This document shows, one piece after another, positions 1 to 9,749 of a DNA stretch of 64,000 bases; within the stretch, counting starts at the first letter, position 1, and each line of letters begins with the position of its first letter. Below the pieces are notes generated by a model. That model worked only from the letters and a program-made list of their open reading frames with translations. It made no database searches and had not been told where the DNA came from. Origin of the DNA: a virus; IMG/VR virus record IMGVR_UViG_3300046336_000034, positions 23,009 to 87,008 of that record; one strand, 5' to 3'. The translations under genes and the position numbers were made by a program.

Positions 1-2897
1 TGTTTTTCAAGTTCTTTATCGTCAATGTCAGATTTAGCCTTCTTGATTTTACCTTCTAAGGTTTCAACTTCTTTCTTGGAGTTAACCTTCTTCTTAGCAA
101 TTTCAATTTCTTCTTTATAAAATTTAATTGAATCGTTTAAAGACGTTTGTTCAATGCTTGCTTTTTGAGTGCTGTAGTCGTAGTCATTAACTAAGCCACG
201 CTTATGTTCGCTGTTGATAGCGTCCATCGCCATCTTAGCACTGCGCACAGCTTCGTTACGGTCGTTCTCAATTTGTTGCTGTTGTGCGCCTAGGGTGTCG
301 CGGATTGCTCCTGCTTCGCCTTTAGGTTTTTCATCTTTGAATTTTTTCTCAATTCCAAAATATATACCTTCTTTATCTTTTTGTAATTTTGCCAAATCCT
401 CTTGAAGTTTTTTCTGTCCTTCGACGGTAGCATCTGCTGTTCTTTTTAAATCTTTTTCAACTAATGCAAATTGGATATCTGTCTGAGATTTTTTATCTGC
501 GATAGCTTTAGCTTTACGGGCAGGGTCTAACCTTGAGTTAGCACCAAACTCATTTTTCAATTTTTCAATTTTTTCGGCGGCTACAATGCCATCACGATTT
601 GCTTTTCTTGCATCTACTTCAGCTTGGGTCTCTAATCGCCTTACTGATACACCACTCTCTACGACGGTGATGTATTTGGCTTGGGCTGCAGCTAACTTGT
701 TCATGTTTGCGGCAGCGGCAGAAGCTGCCTCTGGATTAGTGATAGCAGTATTCCACTCTTCCCATGATTTCAGATTCTTCTCTGTATCTGTCTTTATATT
801 GGACTTATCTGATTTGAAAGGGTTGATAAAGTTTAGTGCCTTACCAATAGGGTGAGCTTGTGCTCCACTGGAGGCTAAATCCATGCCCTCTTTGATTAAA
901 AAAGTGGTGGCATTAACCCAACGGAGAAGATTTTTCCAAGTCTCAGTTAAGGCGTTGATAACCGATTCAGACTCTGCAAATCTATATACACTCTCTGTTA
1001 ACAGATTCATTTGCAGTTTCATATCGTCCCAGAGCTTACCTAGGGGAGTCATGTTATCTTTGGCATTTTGTGCCATTTCACCGTAAATTCTATCTAGCTC
1101 TTTTGTAGCTAATGCAACAGCCTCTAAGTGCTTACCTTGGTCTTCAAGTTCTCGGATATTGTCAATAGTGGCGGCAGTTGTCCTACCTGTTGCCATACCA
1201 ATTTCTGTTAATGTCTTAACAGGGTCTGCTGCCAGCTTAGAGTACTCTTTAACAATATCCTGAGTGGACACCCCAAGATAGCGGTTCATATCTATTGCAG
1301 CGGTTGTAATACCTACAATAGACTCTTTTCCTAGATTACCTGCTTGAGCAATCTCAGTTAGAACTTTTGCAACACCTAGGGACGTGGCTGCGCCAGATGC
1401 CATTGCACTAGACATCGACATCGCTTCCTGTTTAGTTACAGCTAACGCAGCACCGTTCAGAACCAAGGCATTAGATAGTTCGTGTGAAGTAGTTAGAATA
1501 TTCTTATAAGCTATTGCTAGGGTTGCTAGGATGGCTACTAGACCCAGTACACCTGCTGCGATAATAGGTGTGATAATTGAATTGGCTGTGGCTTTAAATG
1601 TGTTGGCAAGGGCTTCAGAAGCTTTTGAAGATAACCCCATCTTGTACGCGAAGGTATCTAATATCAACCCTGCTTCGTTAATAGCAGCTTTCATTCCTGT
1701 CATGGACATAGCTACTTCAGCAAAACCCATTGCAGTGTTCTTAACAGCAATAAGAACAACCCTACCTAGATTCAAAGCAACATCTCGGAAACCTGTGACA
1801 ATCTGAGTGAACGCACTGTTCAAGACTGTCTGCATGTTGTGACCTTCTCTACCGATGTCACCAAAGATAGCTCTCATCTGGTCGCCCTGTTGGAGTAGCA
1901 CAGTCAGCGGATTTTGCCCACCAGCAAGTGATACACCAATATCACCTAATTGTACAGACGTAGCTCGTGCTAGGTAGTTTAGTTTGTCACGCTTCTTGGT
2001 GTTGTCAACTGCTCTAATGTCCTCTAATGGGCGCTTAATATTTGCGATATTTTTATAGTGATTCTCTGTTGCACGTAAACCTTCTCTGAACTGCAGCTTC
2101 TGTGCTTGTAGCTCGTCTGCACCTGCTTTAATTGTAATTTCAGAGGCACTTATACGTGCAGCTACATCTTCTTTAAGAACAACACGTTGTTGCTTGAAGA
2201 GTTCAAAGGCACGAAGCTTGTCTCTGTAGAGGTTGTCAGTCTCTTTCTTGGATAGAGACATAACAGAGGACTCAGAGCCATCACCCAACGCTTTAGCTGC
2301 TTCATAACGCTTTGTGTAATCTATTAGCTGTCTGTAACCTTCACGCGCTTGACCTAGTTCTTTTGTGAGGCTAACCAAGCCACTTGTCGATTGGTCAAAA
2401 GGGTCTTGCCCCATAATCTTACGTTGAGAAGCGATTGTTGTCATCAACTTAGACATCTCAACATCAGCTAGACCTGCTGCCTTACCTGCTGCTAAGATTG
2501 AGGATTGACCTTTTGACCATCCCTCATTCATGTACCCTAGGACAGTGACTTGACGTTGTAGGATGTCTTGATGTACTTTAGCCTCACGCTCTCGTGAAGT
2601 GTTAGCCTTTTCTTGATTGGCAATATCTTGTTTAACTAGCTTATCTTTTTGCTTGTAGAATTGCTCAGTTGCCTGAGCCATCATTTCAGTTTGTTTAGCT
2701 TGTTTTTGAACAGCCACTGTACTTACTTCAACAGCCTTAGTGACACCCTTTGCGCCATCATCAGCGGCTTTACCTAAATCCACTAAGGGTTTGTTTAGAC
2801 TTTTTACAGCCGTGGATAATCCTGCAATTTTTTTAACTGCACTATCAAGTTGCACGGTGTCTACGGTAAATCTTAGCTGGGATAAATCAAATGACAT
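1..2897 (-). CDS. Tail tape measure protein (runs off the left edge)
   Basis: Not in ORF track; ATG at 2897 (MSFDLSQLRFTVDT...); Ala/Lys/Gln-rich helical sequence with lambda-type motif QLGDIGVSLAGGQNPLTVLLQQGDQMR; follows tail chaperones. Confidence 0.92.
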   Translation of the reverse strand, partial: MSFDLSQLRFTVDTVQLDSAVKKIAGLSTAVKSLNKPLVDLGKAADDGAKGVTKAVEVSTVAVQKQAKQTEMMAQATEQFYKQKDKLVKQDIANQEKANTSREREAKVHQDILQRQVTVLGYMNEGWSKGQSSILAAGKAAGLADVEMSKLMTTIASQRKIMGQDPFDQSTSGLVSLTKELGQAREGYRQLIDYTKRYEAAKALGDGSESSVMSLSKKETDNLYRDKLRAFELFKQQRVVLKEDVAARISASEITIKAGADELQAQKLQFREGLRATENHYKNIANIKRPLEDIRAVDNTKKRDKLNYLARATSVQLGDIGVSLAGGQNPLTVLLQQGDQMRAIFGDIGREGHNMQTVLNSAFTQIVTGFRDVALNLGRVVLIAVKNTAMGFAEVAMSMTGMKAAINEAGLILDTFAYKMGLSSKASEALANTFKATANSIITPIIAAGVLGLVAILATLAIAYKNILTTSHELSNALVLNGAALAVTKQEAMSMSSAMASGAATSLGVAKVLTEIAQAGNLGKESIVGITTAAIDMNRYLGVSTQDIVKEYSKLAADPVKTLTEIGMATGRTTAATIDNIRELEDQGKHLEAVALATKELDRIYGEMAQNAKDNMTPLGKLWDDMKLQMNLLTESVYRFAESESVINALTETWKNLLRWVNATTFLIKEGMDLASSGAQAHPIGKALNFINPFKSDKSNIKTDTEKNLKSWEEWNTAITNPEAASAAAANMNKLAAAQAKYITVVESGVSVRRLETQAEVDARKANRDGIVAAEKIEKLKNEFGANSRLDPARKAKAIADKKSQTDIQFALVEKDLKRTADATVEGQKKLQEDLAKLQKDKEGIYFGIEKKFKDEKPKGEAGAIRDTLGAQQQQIENDRNEAVRSAKMAMDAINSEHKRGLVNDYDYSTQKASIEQTSLNDSIKFYKEEIEIAKKKVNSKKEVETLEGKIKKAKSDIDDKELEK

Positions 2898-2954
2898 CTT
2901 ATTTCCTACTTATATTCTTTTTCTGTTTTAGCACTTGTTAAAATACCAAAGCAG

Positions 2955-2976
2955 AAAAGCCCCGCATGGAGGCTTA
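2955..2976 (-). terminator. Probable intrinsic terminator after tail chaperones
   Basis: Minus strand aagcctcc-atgc-ggggctt followed by a short U run. Confidence 0.45.
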
Positions 2977-3363
2977 ACTTTTCTTCTTACTATCTTGCTT
3001 GCTCTTCTCAGCATAGACTGCTAAAACCTCACGGTCTAACCTCTTAATTAAATCAATTTCCCATATTTCAGGTTGAATTTGTCTTAATTTAAAAAAAGCA
3101 TAGATGTCCGAGTATGTTATTGGGTTAAAACCAAAACCCGATGAACTCCTACTATCATTGAGATTTAAGAACCACCCCCAGACTTCGAAACAAGAAGCTG
3201 GTAACTCAGGGATATTCTCTAACTCTTTAGGTTTTATTCCTGTTTGTTCCCATACATTATTAAGTTGGTCACGGAGAGAAGAGCCTGAGCCACTTCCAAA
3301 TACTGCACCTCTAAATTCAGCTTTGCAGAACTCAATAGTGGCTTCAATGTCTTCAGGTGCGAA
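2974..3363 (-). CDS. Tail assembly chaperone, frameshift extension (gpGT-like C-terminal part)
   Basis: Open frame of 129 codons without an ATG (FAPEDIEATIEFCKAEF...FGFNPITYSDIYAFFKL...IKRLDREVL); reachable only by +1 shift at AAC TTT CGC. Confidence 0.8.
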   Translation of the reverse strand, partial: FAPEDIEATIEFCKAEFRGAVFGSGSGSSLRDQLNNVWEQTGIKPKELENIPELPASCFEVWGWFLNLNDSRSSSGFGFNPITYSDIYAFFKLRQIQPEIWEIDLIKRLDREVLAVYAEKSKQDSKKKS

Positions 3364-3760
3364 AGTTCAGAAGTTGCTCACTCTCGGCAGTTACCGCCTC
3401 ACGGATGAACGGGTAATCAGTCATCAAACGAATGCACTCCTCTTTCGAGTACGGGACATCTTTACTATCTTCAACAATACCCGACCAAGAGATAACTCGT
3501 AAGGCACTTGATTGAATGGCAAAGTCCTCAGACTCTTGCAAAGACATTGGTTCTGGTTCTTTACCACGTTTCTTAGCTGCTTGTTCTTTTACTTGCATCT
3601 GTGAGAATGCATTACGGTAAAAATCCTTAACTACCTTACTGAGTGAACCACGTACTTTGATTTTGATATCGGTAATAGTACCATCAGGCATGGTAAGGTC
3701 AAATTCATAGCCTACTTCTGCGGCTTTAGTGGGATCATTTTTTTTCAAATCGAACGACAT
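3353..3760 (-). CDS. Tail assembly chaperone (gpG-like)
   Basis: Between tail tube and tape measure; ends ...LLNFRT. Confidence 0.85.
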   Translation of the reverse strand: MSFDLKKNDPTKAAEVGYEFDLTMPDGTITDIKIKVRGSLSKVVKDFYRNAFSQMQVKEQAAKKRGKEPEPMSLQESEDFAIQSSALRVISWSGIVEDSKDVPYSKEECIRLMTDYPFIREAVTAESEQLLNFRT

Positions 3761-3873
3761 AATATTCCTTTTTGTTTTCTAGTGAGATTTACATAAACAG
3801 AGTAACCCCAGAATCGGGGTTATCTTTTTGGACTGTACAGCTTTTATAAGTATTATTAACTGCACATAGTATT

Positions 3874-3902
3874 ATTATATCATACAATCTGTTACATGTC
3901 AA
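3874..3902 (-). promoter_or_regulatory. Sigma70-type promoter
   Basis: Minus strand TTGACA-17 nt-TATAAT with TG extension; TGTAACA in the spacer. Confidence 0.75.
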
Positions 3903-3937
3903 GGGAAATATACTAAAGTGCATTATGTATAGGCGTT

Positions 3938-3972
3938 AAAAAACCCCTAAGGAGGTTAATCCAAAGGGGTTA
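3938..3972 (-). terminator. Intrinsic terminator after tail tube gene
   Basis: aacccct...aggggtt stem followed by U tract on minus strand. Confidence 0.65.
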
Positions 3973-3992
3973 TATATTCTCACTAGAGGATA

Positions 3993-5201
3993 TTAAAGGG
4001 TACTGTCTTGAACCGCGATAGTGGTAGCTAGTAATCCACCTGTGGTAACACTGTTTAGGAGGGCAGTGAAAGATGTAGAGGCTGTTAGACCAAGTTCTGA
4101 ATCGCTCTTATCAAATGAACCAAGTTTAACTCTAGGGATTGTATAGCTAACAAAATCCGCATTAGCTGCGTTAGATGTTGCAAGAGCAAACACTAAAGAC
4201 ACTTCGGTTTCATCCTTGAAGTAATCACGGAAAACAGCGTCTTGGAAATACACACTCAAGTTACCTGTTGCTTTGATACGACCTGTAAAGATGTCCTGCA
4301 CAGCATTAGAGCCAACAACAACTGCATTCTCTGTGGCACGTTCCACGTTGAAGTCTGCGGAAGTAATCAAGGCTGCTGCTAGTCCATTGACAAGGACTGC
4401 TCCCTGTACACTCGCAAAAATTCCGTTTGTTCCCTGCGCTGTGGGTGATGTAAAATACTGTGAAGTACTTACTTGCCCAAGGTCTGCACCCATAAAGGAG
4501 AAGTCAACTGTCGCCAAGCCTGTTGCTGGCAATTGAGTGTTCATAGAAGCAGTTTTCATGCCTACATAAACTTCAGATTGTGCAATATCGGAGTAGAACT
4601 CTTCGATAGTGAAGGACTGGTCTGTGTGACCTGTCAATGGTACGAATGTATCCTTACCACGCACAGTGGCAATCACAGAGGCGATTGGGCCTTCAGCAAG
4701 CAGTGCAGTATTGTTCAGAACTTTAACCGTCAAGACAGTGGCTGTCATGGAGACAATCAAGAGATTCTTTCCTACGTTCAGCACGTTCAATGAACCGCCT
4801 GTCAGGGCAATAACTTTACCGATGTTGAATGAGTCAGTAAACCAAGAGCCTGTTGAACGAGTAACAGTCCAGAAACTACCTGAAGCTGCGATAGTTACTG
4901 ACATAGTTGCTGTGACAGCACCAGTTGTAAAATCACGAGCTAAGATAGCTTGCATGAAATCACCGTAAGATGAAGGTGACAACTCGCCATTCAAAGAACC
5001 TTCTGCACTACGCACACCGTGGCGCATATCAGCCGTTTGACGGTCTACTCTCACCTCTGATGACTCAAAAGAATCCTTCTTTAGACTCATTGCTGAAGTG
5101 ACACGGCGCAAATATTTTGCTCCTGCTGCTCCTGCCAACGTTCCAAAGGTTGTTTCTTTTTTGTAGCTTACGGACTTTGCCGTGCCTTTACTAATTGCCA
5201 T
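3993..5201 (-). CDS. Major tail tube protein
   Basis: 402 aa, siphoviral tube-like motifs (SSEVRVDRQ...RHG, SFTIEE, TGNLSVYF); position after tail terminator. Confidence 0.88.
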   Translation of the reverse strand: MAISKGTAKSVSYKKETTFGTLAGAAGAKYLRRVTSAMSLKKDSFESSEVRVDRQTADMRHGVRSAEGSLNGELSPSSYGDFMQAILARDFTTGAVTATMSVTIAASGSFWTVTRSTGSWFTDSFNIGKVIALTGGSLNVLNVGKNLLIVSMTATVLTVKVLNNTALLAEGPIASVIATVRGKDTFVPLTGHTDQSFTIEEFYSDIAQSEVYVGMKTASMNTQLPATGLATVDFSFMGADLGQVSTSQYFTSPTAQGTNGIFASVQGAVLVNGLAAALITSADFNVERATENAVVVGSNAVQDIFTGRIKATGNLSVYFQDAVFRDYFKDETEVSLVFALATSNAANADFVSYTIPRVKLGSFDKSDSELGLTASTSFTALLNSVTTGGLLATTIAVQDSTL

Positions 5202-5256
5202 TGTGTTTTCCTTGTTTTATTAAATTACATTTTGCAAAATGTGCTGATTTTACGGT

Positions 5257-6081
5257 TCAACAACCGTCAATTTCTTTAACTTTGCAGTTATCAAAATGAA
5301 ATCTAACCATCGCTGGTTTGAATGTTGATTGTTTGCCGCAATGTGGGCAAACTAGAAGAGGCTGATTTAACCAGTAATCTTTCAGCTTCTGCTTGCGCTC
5401 GTCTGTACAGGACATATCTAAGAGTGATTGAGCTAGTTTTATTTTACTTTTAGTCTCTTCTGTTCTCTGTTTTCCGAAGTTCCAATGCGTCTCACCTCCC
5501 ATGCCATATTGAGGGTGGTTTACACCTGTATGCATCTGAGACATTAAACGTTTTGTCTCTTCGGTATGCTTCTTACCTTTAAAAGTACCGTCCCTGCTCT
5601 TGTAGCTTTTAATAAGAGACTCGGATAATTTTCTCAATGTCTCCTGAGTTTTAGGTTTACCTGTGTTAGCTTTTCTTACTGCTTCTTTTTGTTTTTCTGA
5701 AGTGCCAAGACCCGCTCTACCTTCTCCACCATCCGAGAGGTTAGTAAGAATGCCACCGTTATTGTCTATCCTCTTTCCGTAGAGAGAGATTAACCTTATC
5801 TCCTCCACATACATTTCCTCTGCCGTCTCATACTGTTGGTGTAATCTTATGACAACAATTTCATTATCTTCTTGCATTCTTTTTATTTTACTTTTGACAA
5901 GAAAATTAACTCTATCCTCATTTTCAGAGAAATGCCCGTACACCCTTTTCCAGTTACAGGATGTGCCTATATAGAAAGGCATATCCCCCTGCATTAGCAT
6001 ATAAACGTAATAAGCTTTACCAAGTGGTCTAAGAAAAGCTCCCACATCATATCGTGAGTTAAAGTCTAAATTCTGAAACAT
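5257..6081 (-). CDS. Free-standing GIY-YIG homing endonuclease with NUMOD3 repeats
   Basis: YVYML...FYIG, E..LI, LTNLSDGGEG; repeats FKGKKHTEETK and FGKQRTEETK; C-terminal CPHC. Confidence 0.85.
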   Translation of the reverse strand: MFQNLDFNSRYDVGAFLRPLGKAYYVYMLMQGDMPFYIGTSCNWKRVYGHFSENEDRVNFLVKSKIKRMQEDNEIVVIRLHQQYETAEEMYVEEIRLISLYGKRIDNNGGILTNLSDGGEGRAGLGTSEKQKEAVRKANTGKPKTQETLRKLSESLIKSYKSRDGTFKGKKHTEETKRLMSQMHTGVNHPQYGMGGETHWNFGKQRTEETKSKIKLAQSLLDMSCTDERKQKLKDYWLNQPLLVCPHCGKQSTFKPAMVRFHFDNCKVKEIDGC

Positions 6082-6112
6082 ATTTTCTCCATTAAAGAAA
6101 CCATTACTAAAT

Positions 6113-6174
6113 AAACAACAAGGCGGTACAGGTAATGACTCTGTATTTTCGGGAGCAACCCCTAGCCTTGTTTC
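6113..6174 (-). ncRNA. Three-stem leader RNA A upstream of endonuclease
   Basis: P1 acaaggc/gccttgt; TAG-ggg-ttgct-ccc-GAAA; P3 tacag/ctgta with loop AGTCATTAC complementary to downstream GTAATGG and TAATGG(AG). Confidence 0.75.
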
Positions 6175-6215
6175 AACTAAACATTATACCACAATTTGTA
6201 ACAGTTGTAACCACT

Positions 6216-6620
6216 CTACGAGACTACTTCTGTAACTACATCAATTAGTACAGGAATAATTGTTCTATTTCCAATTTGAGCGGTAGAACCCACTTTAGGT
6301 GTCGTTAGAATATGAATCCTAAAAGCACCCTCTTCAAAGGTTGTCCCTTTTTTAAACCAGTTACGGGTTAGCTCTGCTCTTGTTAAAGCTGCTGCTGTGC
6401 CATTGTTAGGTGCATCAACTATAAAGACTTGCAACTGCATTTCATCTCTGTGATAGCCTGTGCCGAATACAGGGTCAACTGGGTTCTTCACCATCAGTTG
6501 TACACGTTGATACATCGTTGCAGGAGGGTCAAAGCTGACACCTTCAAAAGCTGTTGGAATTGATGGCGTTAAAGCCATCAGACGGCGTTCTAAGCACCTT
6601 TTTGTTTCTAATATAGCCAA
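6216..6620 (-). CDS. Tail terminator / tail completion protein
   Basis: AFEGVSFDPP, LQVFI, FKKGTTF motifs; position before tail tube. Confidence 0.75.
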   Translation of the reverse strand: MAILETKRCLERRLMALTPSIPTAFEGVSFDPPATMYQRVQLMVKNPVDPVFGTGYHRDEMQLQVFIVDAPNNGTAAALTRAELTRNWFKKGTTFEEGAFRIHILTTPKVGSTAQIGNRTIIPVLIDVVTEVVS

Positions 6621-6625
6621 TGGTA

Positions 6626-7120
6626 CTAACCCTCTTCATAATACTGTTTAAGGTCGCTTAAATAAGCTCCTTGGATGGTTGACTCAGCTTTTCCTCTAAT
6701 GTCGTCAAGGATTTCAAGCTCTTCGTAGGCAGGACCTGTTGCACCTATAGTGAAGGTGTCTCCGATTTTATAGTTAGCCTGAGCTTTATAATCCACGTTG
6801 CCTAACATCGTAGGGACATCATAAATGACTGGATTGAACTCTAAAGTACCTTCGGTATAAGTCCATGCACCTTTATGAAAACCTTCGAGAGCTTCGATAC
6901 CGTAACCGCCCTCTGAGCGAGATTTAGCTCGTTTCTTGTAGTATTCCACGTACTTCGCAGTATTACCACCCTCAGAGATATGTCCCTTACGGGTAGCTTG
7001 ACTAGCTGCTTCAGCTACATCCTGTGCAAACCCCACAACCATGTGTTTGAGCTTTCTTTCAACTTCTGCTTTGTACTCAGCTAAGGATTTTTCCAATTCG
7101 TCTGTATTAGCTGAGAGCAT
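6626..7120 (-). CDS. Putative neck/tail completion protein
   Basis: Synteny; weak HK97 gp10-like character. Confidence 0.5.
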   Translation of the reverse strand: MLSANTDELEKSLAEYKAEVERKLKHMVVGFAQDVAEAASQATRKGHISEGGNTAKYVEYYKKRAKSRSEGGYGIEALEGFHKGAWTYTEGTLEFNPVIYDVPTMLGNVDYKAQANYKIGDTFTIGATGPAYEELEILDDIRGKAESTIQGAYLSDLKQYYEEG

Positions 7121-7123
7121 AGC

Positions 7124-7498
7124 TTAATTCCTTGAGGCAATTACCTTGTAAAGCACCACTTGATTGTGAGCCATGTGTGAGGTGTAAGAGTCCACAACGT
7201 ATACTTCATTGTCCCAAAGAATCTTATCTTTTACAGAAGGAACAAAAGCTAGTGAATCATTAGCAAGATAGAAAGTTCCGGCGTCTTTACCTATTAAATT
7301 AGGGAAGTTATACTGACTGGATTTAATATGCTGTTTGTATGTCCAAACTGTATAAGGTGTCTCAGTATTAGTAACTGAGCCTGTCTCTACGTTGTATACA
7401 CCAGTCTGAACTTTTGTGTACGTGCATTGAGCACCGTTACGTTTGATTGCGTCAATTGAAGCTAGGAGAAAGCGATTAGCCATTATTGTAGACTCCAA
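7124..7498 (-). CDS. Head closure / head-tail joining protein
   Basis: GVYNVETGSV motif, size and synteny; real start probably MANRF. Confidence 0.65.
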   Translation of the reverse strand: MESTIMANRFLLASIDAIKRNGAQCTYTKVQTGVYNVETGSVTNTETPYTVWTYKQHIKSSQYNFPNLIGKDAGTFYLANDSLAFVPSVKDKILWDNEVYVVDSYTSHMAHNQVVLYKVIASRN

Positions 7499-7913
7499 AA
7501 GGGTCTGGATTATTTAAAGATAACTCCGAATTAGGGGTATCAATAAAGTTGTTGTCTACGTTGTCTAAATTCGCTTGAATGTCTGTTTTAGAGATACCAC
7601 CTGCGTACCCGTTTACACTGTTATAGACAGGGTTAAGTTGTGGGTTACGGATGAACATTTCTAGTGATGCTCTGTACTCTGATGCAGCTTTTGAGCCGCC
7701 GGTAACAGAAAATATATCTACAGTTTCATTCGCACTCCACATGGACAATTGCAGAAGGATAACACGAGCCAACTCTAATGATGCACGATTGACATTTTGG
7801 TTATTACGGTCAAGGAAAAATTGAATTTCTTCGTCTGTGGTAAAGTAAAAACCCACGGCTGTATCTTGAGTAAGGAGACGTACTTGCTGGATTAGACTAA
7901 GAGCCATTGGCAC
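7476..7913 (-). CDS. Head-tail adaptor protein
   Basis: VRLLTQD...TDEEIQFFL motif; first structural gene after capsid. Confidence 0.7.
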   Translation of the reverse strand: MPMALSLIQQVRLLTQDTAVGFYFTTDEEIQFFLDRNNQNVNRASLELARVILLQLSMWSANETVDIFSVTGGSKAASEYRASLEMFIRNPQLNPVYNSVNGYAGGISKTDIQANLDNVDNNFIDTPNSELSLNNPDPFGVYNNG

Positions 7914-7922
7914 TTCCTTCTG

Positions 7923-8489
7923 TTAAATTATATCTTGTTTTGAGGATGTCGTAGACTTCGTGTATTCTGCTAAAGCCTGACTATGTTCGAAAGAGAACTC
8001 ACCATAGAACTCTTTGACCCATTCCAATCTAGCAACGATAGCCTCATCTTTTGTATTAAATCGCCTACGAAGAGGGCACTTTACGTCTACACTTATACCC
8101 GCAACCCATTTATTACGTGCTTTGTCAAAATGCACACCTATAGTGCCACTTGTGTTTTTCTCAGAGGCAGTCTTATTCATGTTATTAGACCTACGAGAAC
8201 ACTCACGTAAGTTAGATATCATATTGTTCAGACGATTACCGTCGATGTGGTCGATATCTGCAATTGGAAATCTTCCGTGCACATGTAGCCAAACTAGGCG
8301 ATGGGCGTAATTCAACTCACCTGCAAAGTTAATACGCCAGTAACCACTGCTATGTAAAGTACCTGCAACACTTCCAGCCCTGCATCCTCCACGACATTGT
8401 TTCCAAGTTAAGTCCCCCGTTTCAGGATTATAATCTAAGGCATCTCTTACTTGTTTTTGAGTTAGCTCAGGTGAGTTTATTTTCGACAT
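7923..8489 (-). CDS. HNH homing endonuclease (HNH plus AP2-like)
   Basis: AHRLVW, IDHIDGNRLNNMISNLR, NTSGTIGVHF. Confidence 0.9.
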   Translation of the reverse strand: MSKINSPELTQKQVRDALDYNPETGDLTWKQCRGGCRAGSVAGTLHSSGYWRINFAGELNYAHRLVWLHVHGRFPIADIDHIDGNRLNNMISNLRECSRRSNNMNKTASEKNTSGTIGVHFDKARNKWVAGISVDVKCPLRRRFNTKDEAIVARLEWVKEFYGEFSFEHSQALAEYTKSTTSSKQDII

Positions 8490-8515
8490 TCTACCCTCTT
8501 TGATAATTTATAGGT

Positions 8516-8568
8516 CAAGGCTATCCGTGAAAGAGCACAGAAGAGGCTTACAGACCTCGTTTACCTTG
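8516..8568 (-). ncRNA. Three-stem leader RNA E (variant scaffold) upstream of HNH gene
   Basis: P1 caaggt/gccttg; hairpin gaggt-ctgtaa-gcctc; hairpin tgtg-CTCTTT-cacg whose loop pairs with AAAGAG in the RBS. Confidence 0.55.
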
Positions 8569-8666
8569 TTAATACTTGACTGTAATCAAGCTGTAAGTGA
8601 AACTACATTGTAACATATTTTACTACAAATTGCAATTTCTTTTAATATATCTCGGTAAAATACATT

Positions 8667-8690
8667 AAAAGAAAGCTCCCCTTGGGGAGC
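8667..8690 (-). terminator. Intrinsic terminator after major capsid gene
   Basis: gctcccc/ggggagc stem plus U tract on minus strand. Confidence 0.7.
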
Positions 8691-8708
8691 AATCAAGTTT
8701 ATCTAAGA

Positions 8709-9731
8709 TTAGTTAGAAGAATAACCACGGGCAACCAGATTAGGGCGCTTCATAACGTGGATAAAATTAGACTCACTTTCCAGTGTAATCTCTGTACCAC
8801 GAGGGTCACGGAACTGCCAGAGATATTCAGGCATAGCGATTGTGTTCACCAAGCCGAAGCGATTTGCAGGACCGTAGAAACGTGTGAATGAACCATCATC
8901 TGACTCAGCTACGAAGTAACAATCACCAGAAGGAACTAAGGCACTACCAGCAAGGACTGTGGGGACTTCGACAAAGGTTATGTTTGAAAAGGTGAAACGA
9001 CGATACAACCCCATACCACCAGCACGATTGCGAAGGATGGATTGACCTTCTGTTGCAGAGTAGTAAGTGTAAGCTGCTTGCACTTTAGCATGTGCGATTA
9101 GCTTTGCAAAGAATACTGGAGAGCAATAAGCTGTTACAGAGTTGATAATCACCCCATCAGTCACTGAGTCTTGGAAACCACGGATGATTGCCTCACATTT
9201 AGCAGTAATCTCTGTTGTGGAAGTACCAAAAACGAAGTCAACTTCATTACGAGTGAAACCGAAGTCAGTGTAGAAATTACCAGAGATTGTCGCATTTGGT
9301 GACCACACATTACCAGTAGTAATAGTAGCAAAAGCTGCAACTTCCTTAGTGATTGCAAAAGACTTCTTAATCTTTTCCATTTTACGCATCAACGCTGCTG
9401 CTTCTGTATCAGCTTGTGTCAAGTCACTGTAGGCACTCTTACCAGCAATATCATCAGGATACAAGGCATCCATCAATGGATGGTGTGTCAAAGAGTAGCT
9501 ATGAATCTTGCGAACATCGTTGGATGTAGTCTGTGGTTTTGTACCACGAACTTGGTCCTTAACGATTGCGATAGAACCTTTTGTCTCTTGAAATGTCACA
9601 ACATTCTGTGACAAGAACTCATCCTTAAACAAACCAGAATCGCCGAGCAAAGTCCAAGTTTGTGGGAGGGTATTCAGTTCACGGGTGCTGTCTACAACTT
9701 CAAAGTTATTTGTAAAACTACGAACGGTCAT
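8709..9731 (-). CDS. Major capsid protein (lambda gpE-like family)
   Basis: 340 aa; NFYTDFG, FTRFYGPAN, ESESNF...RP motifs; after decoration protein. Confidence 0.9.
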   Translation of the reverse strand: MTVRSFTNNFEVVDSTRELNTLPQTWTLLGDSGLFKDEFLSQNVVTFQETKGSIAIVKDQVRGTKPQTTSNDVRKIHSYSLTHHPLMDALYPDDIAGKSAYSDLTQADTEAAALMRKMEKIKKSFAITKEVAAFATITTGNVWSPNATISGNFYTDFGFTRNEVDFVFGTSTTEITAKCEAIIRGFQDSVTDGVIINSVTAYCSPVFFAKLIAHAKVQAAYTYYSATEGQSILRNRAGGMGLYRRFTFSNITFVEVPTVLAGSALVPSGDCYFVAESDDGSFTRFYGPANRFGLVNTIAMPEYLWQFRDPRGTEITLESESNFIHVMKRPNLVARGYSSN

Positions 9732-9749
9732 TTTATTCTCTCTTCTTTA

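Noticed and set aside
3790-3870. Ribozyme or riboswitch in the chaperone leader
   Set aside because: Two hairpins only; no recognisable core
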